64,000 nt of DNA from Myxococcota bacterium (GTDB lineage: Bacteria; Myxococcota_A; UBA9160; UBA6930), in assembly GCA_965223705.1 (NCBI GenBank), contig OZ245015.1, positions 2,080,001 through 2,144,000 on the forward strand, written 5' to 3'. The position numbers and the translations under genes are program-made. The number at the start of each line of letters is the position of its first letter. The stretch's first letter is position 1. The notes beneath the pieces are model-generated. The model was not told the origin of the DNA. It saw only the letters and a list, made by a program, of their open reading frames with translations, and did no database searches. Below are positions 58,160 through 64,000 of this stretch, piece after piece.

Positions 58160-58957
58160 CTAGTGCGCGGCGGGGGGCGAGTCGGCAGCGCCCTCGCTGA
58201 ACTTCTCGTCTTCCGCGGCCTCGGGGTTGTCGTAGATCCGCATGAGCTCGATCTCGAACGCGACCATCGCGCCCGGGAGCACCTGGCCGGTGCGGCCCTG
58301 ATCGCCGTAGACCTGCTCTGACGGGCAAGCGAACTGCACGCGGCCACCGACCTGGACCCGGGGCAGGACCTCGTTCCAGCAAGGGAGGAAGTACTTCGTC
58401 TGCGCGAGGGTCGGCTCGTCCGCTTTGAAGGAGTTCACAAGCTCGGTGCCGTCACGCAACCAAGCGCGCGAGTGAAGTTGTAGCCATTGGTCTTCGGTGG
58501 GGTATCCGCCGTCCCCCGGCGTCATCGCGAGAATGACGATGCCCGTGTCATCGAGGTAGGACGCACCCTCCCGAGAGCCGAGTTCTGCCAAGTGCTTACT
58601 GCTCGCGGCTTTCTCGAGATCGATCCGTTCTTGCGCCCGCTCCTTGGCCATGGCCTGGAGACCCAGGGCGAGATTCTTCCGATCTTCTTCCTTGAGCAGG
58701 ACCTGGTTCGCGAGCTGGTCTTTCGCACCCTTTGCCAGCATCTCTGCCTCGGCCGGGGTGAAGTAGTAGTGCCGGAGGTCGGACACGATGACCCGACCCA
58801 AACCGTAGGCGAGCACTTCTTCGTGCGTCGGCTCGGGCGGAGTGGCGGCCTGTGTCGGCGCCGGCGCGGGTTTGGCCGGCTGGGGTCGAGACGTAGAGCA
58901 CGCCAGCACCAGGACCGAAGCCATCATCAATACCACTGTGAAAACGATGCGCGCCAT
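58160..58957 (-). CDS. FKBP-type peptidyl-prolyl isomerase lipoprotein (FkpA-like)
   Basis: VLAC lipobox; AYGLG, LRDGTE, CPSEQVYG, PGAMVAFEIEL. Confidence 0.88.
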   Translation of the reverse strand: MARIVFTVVLMMASVLVLACSTSRPQPAKPAPAPTQAATPPEPTHEEVLAYGLGRVIVSDLRHYYFTPAEAEMLAKGAKDQLANQVLLKEEDRKNLALGLQAMAKERAQERIDLEKAASSKHLAELGSREGASYLDDTGIVILAMTPGDGGYPTEDQWLQLHSRAWLRDGTELVNSFKADEPTLAQTKYFLPCWNEVLPRVQVGGRVQFACPSEQVYGDQGRTGQVLPGAMVAFEIELMRIYDNPEAAEDEKFSEGAADSPPAAH

Positions 58958-58985
58958 GCGGCCTCCCTAAGCTCGTCGAGGGTTC

Positions 58986-60167
58986 CTATCGGTCGGAATG
59001 CCCCGTCCCGTGAGCGTTCGTACGCGCCCGAAAAACCATGCCTTGGCCTCGCAACGTCGCCGTCGGGCGCGAAGCCGCGAGGAAGACAGCCTGCCCGCGG
59101 GAAAACTCCCTCGCCACCTCGTCGATGCGCAACTTGCCTTCGACGCAGAGCAGAATCTCGGGCCCACCATTCGGCTCGAGCGTCGCGCTCGACCGGCCGC
59201 CTAGCGACGTCCGTTCGAGGCGGAAGGCCTCGACCGGTGTCTCGTAGGCGGACCAACCCGCGGATGTCTCGAACTGACGGACGATCGGGTTTCCACCCGT
59301 ACCCCGGTCGAGCACTTCGAGTAGCAACTTGGGATGGACGGCCTTTTCGGTCAACCCGGCGCGCAAGACGTTGTCTGAGTTGGCCATGATCTCGACGCCC
59401 GTTCCGTCGAGATACGCGTGGATTTGGCCGGGTCCGAGAAACAACGCTTCTCCCTCGCGTAGATCGTGCCTCGCCAGAAGGAGCGGCGCGGCAATCCCCA
59501 CATCGGAGGGGTAGCGGTCCGCCAGGCGCGCGGCGAGGGCGTACGCGTCTCCTTGCTGCGCGAGTCTCCGACACGCTTTCGCCAACACGTCGGCGAATAC
59601 TCGACGCTCTTCCGGTGTTCGCGACAGCAGGTCCCCGAGAATCTCGGCCGGCTCCTCGTCCTCGGGAGCCCGTGGGAGCTCGTCGCGTAGGGGGTCCCAA
59701 AGCCGACGGCAGGCCGCGGGCGTGAGAAAGCCGCAGAGCGCCGAGAACCGCGAGAGCGCGACTAAAAGCTCAGGCTTGGCCCGAGGATCGGCGAACACGC
59801 GCTCACGGCCGCTGCTGGCCCGCTCATCCGCGTATCCCTGGGCGGCGCGTTCCTCCGGCGGATGCACCTGCAACGAGAGCGGCGCGGCGACCGCGAGAAC
59901 CTTGAGAAGAAACGGCAACTCTGACCCATAACTTGCTGTGATCTCGGGGCCGAGTGCGAATGTCGCATGATCCCGAATCCATGCGCGGAGAGGCTGCCAG
60001 GTTTCTCCGATAAGAATTCTCGAAGGGTCGCTTTCGTGAGCGCCAATCCAGAGTTCCGCCCACGGAGCCCCGTCTCGATTCGGCTGGCCGAGCAGGTCCG
60101 GAAGCACATCGCGCGAGCCCCACGCGTAGCGCTTCACAGGGTTTTCCAGGGCGTAGCACCAGTCCAC
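58986..60167 (-). CDS. manA: mannose-6-phosphate isomerase, class I
   Basis: YAWGS, AELWIGAH, LPFLLKVL, PLSLQVHP, KPEL, HAYLDG, EIMANSDNVLRAGLT. Confidence 0.96.
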   Translation of the reverse strand: MDWCYALENPVKRYAWGSRDVLPDLLGQPNRDGAPWAELWIGAHESDPSRILIGETWQPLRAWIRDHATFALGPEITASYGSELPFLLKVLAVAAPLSLQVHPPEERAAQGYADERASSGRERVFADPRAKPELLVALSRFSALCGFLTPAACRRLWDPLRDELPRAPEDEEPAEILGDLLSRTPEERRVFADVLAKACRRLAQQGDAYALAARLADRYPSDVGIAAPLLLARHDLREGEALFLGPGQIHAYLDGTGVEIMANSDNVLRAGLTEKAVHPKLLLEVLDRGTGGNPIVRQFETSAGWSAYETPVEAFRLERTSLGGRSSATLEPNGGPEILLCVEGKLRIDEVAREFSRGQAVFLAASRPTATLRGQGMVFRARTNAHGTGHSDR

Positions 60168-60248
60168 GGTCGAGCCGTTCCTCAAGCGCCGCACTTGGGG
60201 GGCCGAATCCCCCCGAGAGGGCGCCGTGTCGCGCGCTCGGAGAATGCC

Positions 60249-60974
60249 ATGCTTTCGAAGCTTTGCCGGATCGTTTGCCTCGCCACCTTGCTTCTCGCTG
60301 TCGGCGAAAGCCGAGCCCAGGTTTACCAGTGGCTCGACGGCGAGGGCACACCGCACTTTTCCGACCGCCCCGAGGACGTTCCGCCGCAGTATCGCGACCA
60401 ACTCGCGAATCCCAAGGATCCTTTCTCGGACGCTCCGCCGCTGAACGTCATGCCGGGCTTGAACGGTCCGAAAGTCCCGGAAGACGGCGCAAGCGCGGCG
60501 GCGCCCGTCGCCCGACCCCAACCAACCGACTTGGGCGAGCTGGTGAAAATGGGGTGGGGCCAAATGACGCCTTCGCAAATCGCGTTGGGGATCGCGGTCG
60601 TGATCTTTCTCGTCGCTCTCGTGTGCGCGTTCGCCGCAGCCCTTCTGATGGTGGCCTGTCGGATCTGTCGCGATGAGCCGCTGCCCTTCGGTCGCGGCAT
60701 GGGCATCTCGTTCGCGCAGCTACTGGGGGGTGGCGCCGTATTCGGCCTCTTCGCGTTGGCCCTTGGCGCCGGCGCGGCGAGCCAATCCGGGAGCTTTGTC
60801 GCTAACGTCTTCCTCAGTGCGGGTATTCTGCGCGGCATGCACAGCGAGTCGTTCGGCAAGGCTCTTGTCGTGAGCCTCATGTCCCTCGTGCTGAGCACCG
60901 TCGTCGGTTTCGCACTGGGTATCGTCGCCGTGTGCGCTGGAGTCGGAACCTCGCTGGTCGGATCCATCCCTTGA
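60249..60974 (+). CDS. DUF4124-domain protein fused to a multi-TM C-terminal region
   Basis: Signal peptide + VYQWLDGEGTPHFSDRP; about 4 hydrophobic helices in the C-terminal half. Confidence 0.8.
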   Translation: MLSKLCRIVCLATLLLAVGESRAQVYQWLDGEGTPHFSDRPEDVPPQYRDQLANPKDPFSDAPPLNVMPGLNGPKVPEDGASAAAPVARPQPTDLGELVKMGWGQMTPSQIALGIAVVIFLVALVCAFAAALLMVACRICRDEPLPFGRGMGISFAQLLGGGAVFGLFALALGAGAASQSGSFVANVFLSAGILRGMHSESFGKALVVSLMSLVLSTVVGFALGIVAVCAGVGTSLVGSIP

Positions 60975-61657
60975 AAGACCACGGTTGGTGGCCTTATCTG
61001 GCCCCGTACGGGCTGTTTCTCATCCTGGTCGAAATCGGTTCCCGTCTACCCGAGACCCTCGCCGGGGTGATGCTCGCGGTCAAGGTCGCCGTGCCAGGGG
61101 CGTTGTTCGTCTGGTTTTGGCGATCGGGCTCGTACCCCGAGTTGCGCGGGTACCGGCCGAGTGCCGCGGAGGCGGCCAGCGACGTCGGCTGGGGGATCGG
61201 CATCGCGGCGCTCTGGACGGTGCCCATTGTCATGGTGAGTGCGCTGCCAGGGCCCGAGCCGGACAGCGGCTTCGACGCCGGCGTGTTTGGATCGGACCGG
61301 GAAGTCTGGGCGTATCTCGTGCGCGGCATCGGGTTTGTGTTGGTGACGCCCTTCGTCGAGGAGCTCTTCGTCCGAAGCTTCTTGTTGCGGTTTGTCGATG
61401 TCTACAAGTCCCGCGGCGATTTCCGGGACGTTCCCATGGCCCGCTATACGCCGTGGAGTTTCTGGGTCACGGTCGCATGGTTCACGTTCAGCCACGTGCC
61501 CTGGGAATTCGGCGTCGCGTTTGCCGCGGGAATCGCTTTCAACCTACTGCTTTACCGGCGCGGTCACATCGGCGCGCCGATCCTTGCGCACATCGTCGCA
61601 AACGGCGCAATCTTTGCGGCGGTGATGGTGGGCGCGGTGCCCCGGGGATTTCTCTAG
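60971..61657 (+). CDS. CAAX prenyl protease-related (CPBP) intramembrane protease, PEP-CTERM-associated type
   Basis: PFVEELFVRSFL, FTFSH, AHIVAN; TTGA overlap. Confidence 0.88.
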   Translation: MKDHGWWPYLAPYGLFLILVEIGSRLPETLAGVMLAVKVAVPGALFVWFWRSGSYPELRGYRPSAAEAASDVGWGIGIAALWTVPIVMVSALPGPEPDSGFDAGVFGSDREVWAYLVRGIGFVLVTPFVEELFVRSFLLRFVDVYKSRGDFRDVPMARYTPWSFWVTVAWFTFSHVPWEFGVAFAAGIAFNLLLYRRGHIGAPILAHIVANGAIFAAVMVGAVPRGFL

Positions 61658-61995
61658 AGACCGCCGCGGTGACCGAGACGAACGCGCATGCAGACGTGGG
61701 TCAGCTCTTCGGTCGCCTTGCGCACGGCCTCGGGGCCACCCTCGTCGCACGCGGCGGAGAGTCGGAGAGCCGATCGCTCGAGAGGGGCGTAGCCCAGGGA
61801 GCGGGCTTCCGCTGAGAGCTTTTCGCTCAGGCGCTTGAGTTCGACCGTGCGCCCGGCGGTCTCCGCGTCCTGGCATTCGTCGATTCGCTCGCCGAGCTCG
61901 AGCACGAAGGCCTGCAGACGTTCTTCGTAGTCGGGGTGATCGGCGAGAGCCGAGGTGATCGCGGGTGCCGAGCGGGACGCCATGGCGCCATTCAT
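61654..61995 (-). CDS. Hpt-domain-like protein lacking the phospho-acceptor His
   Basis: FVLELGERIDE...LKRLSEKLSAEARSLGYAPLERSALRL fits the Hpt helical pattern, with E at the His position. Confidence 0.65.
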   Translation of the reverse strand: MNGAMASRSAPAITSALADHPDYEERLQAFVLELGERIDECQDAETAGRTVELKRLSEKLSAEARSLGYAPLERSALRLSAACDEGGPEAVRKATEELTHVCMRVRLGHRGGL

Positions 61996-62031
61996 CGGCC
62001 GTTTCGCTCGGCCGCTGAAGCGCTTGCGCGG

Positions 62032-63297
62032 TCAGATGGTGACGCGGTGGGGAGCGGCCAAGAGGGCGCGCGGGCGCCCGTTTACCGAGCGCACGACAAA
62101 ATCCTCGTCTCGGTGACCGGGATCGAGTCGACCGACCAAGCACAGCTTTCGCAGAAGGCGATCCTTGGCGGCGGCCACGCTCGGGTCCTGGCCCATGGGC
62201 TCCTCGCCGGCGCGTCGGAAAAAGATCTCCGCGCCGTCGCCCCGGAACCACAGGGCCACCGGGTCGGGACTGAGACGCCGCCGAGCGAGGAGGATCGCCG
62301 TCGCGAAATGCCTCCTCGCCCGCTTCGCGAACCGTTTCGGGTAGCGGATCCGGAAGAACTCGTCGTCCACATCGAGTTCGGGCGTGTCGATGGGATCACC
62401 CCGTCCGAGACGCGCCGAGAAGTCGGACGCGTGGAGCCCGTACACGACCTGGCCTTGCCACTCTCCCCACGCGACACCTCGGTAGCGACGGCCGTCGCGA
62501 CTCGATACCCGCAACACGTGAGCGGCGTCCCTCCGGGCCATACGGCGAATCTCTCGGCTAACGCCGACCCAGTGCCGGCGAGCCTCGAGGAATTCGCCCC
62601 GGCTGAACGCCCGGAGGAAATGCGCGCGATCGGTGATGCGCGCCCTCGCGAGGTAACGCTCGAACCGGGCCAGTTCTCGCCAGCGAGAACGGTCTCCGAT
62701 GCGCGCCCGGAGCTGGGCGCGTTCGAAGTCGGTGATCCAGAGCTGCCCGTCGGCGTCGAGGAGAATGTTGTTGGGTGCGAGGTCGCGCTGAAGGAGTCCG
62801 GCCTCGTACAGATCCCGGCAGAAACTCCCCAGGGCGCTGGCGAGATACGGTACGGGTTCCGCGGAGAGAAGCTCGGGGAGTTGGGCCAAGTCCCGCGCGC
62901 CGTCGAGGAAGGACACGAGGAGCCAGCAGGTGTCGAGTTGGCGGCCTTTGTAGAACTCGCCCGCCGCGATGATTTCGGGGGTCCGGATCCCTCGACGGGC
63001 GAGCTCCTCGGAGATGCGGAGCTCGCGATAGGCCTTCGAGCCGCGGACGCGCCGGGCGTAGCGGTCGGCTCCGGCATACCGGAACGTCTTGAGAACGTGG
63101 GTCGGCCGGGTTTTGTCTTGTAAGTCCAGGAAGTAAACCGACTTCTGTCGGGTGTACTTCACATTCTCGGCCCCGGCGTGGAGTTGTTTCCAGGCCGCCT
63201 CGATGACCTCGGCCGCAAGGCGCGGGTCTTGGCCGGCCCGCAACCACCAGCTCGCGTCGTGCCGACGCAAGGTCGGGCGGGGACGGAACACGCTCAT
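62032..63297 (-). CDS. lipopolysaccharide kinase (Kdo/WaaP/InaA) family protein
   Basis: SKAYRE, GIRTPE, QRDLAPNNILL, ITDFE. Confidence 0.85.
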   Translation of the reverse strand: MSVFRPRPTLRRHDASWWLRAGQDPRLAAEVIEAAWKQLHAGAENVKYTRQKSVYFLDLQDKTRPTHVLKTFRYAGADRYARRVRGSKAYRELRISEELARRGIRTPEIIAAGEFYKGRQLDTCWLLVSFLDGARDLAQLPELLSAEPVPYLASALGSFCRDLYEAGLLQRDLAPNNILLDADGQLWITDFERAQLRARIGDRSRWRELARFERYLARARITDRAHFLRAFSRGEFLEARRHWVGVSREIRRMARRDAAHVLRVSSRDGRRYRGVAWGEWQGQVVYGLHASDFSARLGRGDPIDTPELDVDDEFFRIRYPKRFAKRARRHFATAILLARRRLSPDPVALWFRGDGAEIFFRRAGEEPMGQDPSVAAAKDRLLRKLCLVGRLDPGHRDEDFVVRSVNGRPRALLAAPHRVTI

Positions 63298-63360
63298 GGC
63301 GAGAGGCTACCACGGACGCGGCGTCTTGACGGATTCCATGTCGAGGGCGAGGGTCGGTCC

Positions 63361-63642
63361 ATGGATTGCGCTTCGTGTGGTGCCTCGATCGAGCTCGCGG
63401 CGGGCGAACGAGTCGGCTTCCGGGATTCCTGCGACGCGTGCGGCACGGATCTCCACAGCTGCGTCCACTGTAGGCATCGCGACCCGGCCGCCTACAACGG
63501 TTGTCGGGAATCGTCGGCGGAGCGGGTCTCAGACCCCGAACGAGCGAATCGCTGCGACTACTTCTCCCCCGCGTCGGCAGGCGAGCTGCGACCGCAGACC
63601 GCGGCCGAAAACCCGCTCGATGCGTTGTTCAAAAAGGGATGA
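63361..63642 (+). CDS. small Cys-rich putative zinc-binding protein
   Basis: CASC, CDAC, CVHC, C, ANRCDYF; ends LDALFKKG. Confidence 0.8.
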   Translation: MDCASCGASIELAAGERVGFRDSCDACGTDLHSCVHCRHRDPAAYNGCRESSAERVSDPERANRCDYFSPASAGELRPQTAAENPLDALFKKG

Positions 63643-64000
63643 GTCGTCGAAGGAACGCCGAGTCTCCCGGGAAACACGGCTCGCGGCAGCCCCCGCCGGT
63701 CGACTACCGGGCCCGCGACACGTGGACCGTCTTCAAGATCATGGGCGAGTTCGTCGAGGGCTTCGAGACCCTGCGCCCGATCTGGCCCTCGGTCTCGATC
63801 TTTGGCAGCGCGCGGCTCCGCGAAAAGACCCGGCTCTACCGACAGACCCAGGACATCGCGCAGCGCCTTTGCGAGGCGGGTTTCTCTGTCATCACCGGCG
63901 GCGGCGGCGGTGCCATGGAGGCTGCGAACCGCGGCGCCGCCGAGGGAGGCGGTCGTTCGATCGGGCTGAACATCAAGCTTCCGTTCGAGCAAATTGCCAA
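63639..64000 (+). CDS. LOG-family (TIGR00730-type) Rossmann-fold protein, 3'-partial
   Basis: Read from the DNA (absent from the ORF track): VFKIMGEFVEGF, VSIFGSAR, VITGGGGGAMEAANRGA, IGLNIKLPFEQ. Confidence 0.94.
   Translation, partial: MSRRRNAESPGKHGSRQPPPVDYRARDTWTVFKIMGEFVEGFETLRPIWPSVSIFGSARLREKTRLYRQTQDIAQRLCEAGFSVITGGGGGAMEAANRGAAEGGGRSIGLNIKLPFEQIA

Overview
High-GC bacterial chromosomal window. Gene order and PEGA/PEP-CTERM content suggest a Myxococcota/deltaproteobacteria-like organism (inference only). It opens with the conserved block tRNA-Val(GAC)-thrS-infC-rpmI-rplT-pheS-pheT-ihfA-MerR. An unusual three-gene envelope module follows (Pro-rich exported protein, vWA lipoprotein, ExeA-like ATPase-TM-PEGA), then tRNA-Pro(GGG). 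About 36 kb of accessory genes with no integrase come next. They interleave catabolic enzymes (Rieske oxygenase, split CoxL/M/S-type molybdoenzyme, flavin monooxygenases, amidohydrolase, hydantoinase A/B, MetE-like) with pieces of surface-polysaccharide clusters and PEP-CTERM genes. Core-like genes resume at pcm-nlpD-like-apt, followed by tRNA-Arg(CCT), FKBP, manA, an LPS kinase and a LOG-family gene. The best-supported hidden feature is a stand-alone GrdB/PrdB-family selenoprotein (57159..58106, minus strand). The ORF track splits it at an in-frame TGA in a U-x-x-C motif, and a SECIS-like hairpin lies immediately downstream. Other notable items: a probable CTG-initiated aminotransferase, a His-less Hpt-like protein, a 5'-truncated PEP-CTERM gene, a signal-peptide-bearing hydratase-like protein, and a membrane TPR protein with a possible PUA-like N-terminus behind a TTGAC-N4-GTCAA box. 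No CRISPR array, transposase, integrase or rRNA was seen. All family calls come from motif recognition by eye, not from database searches.
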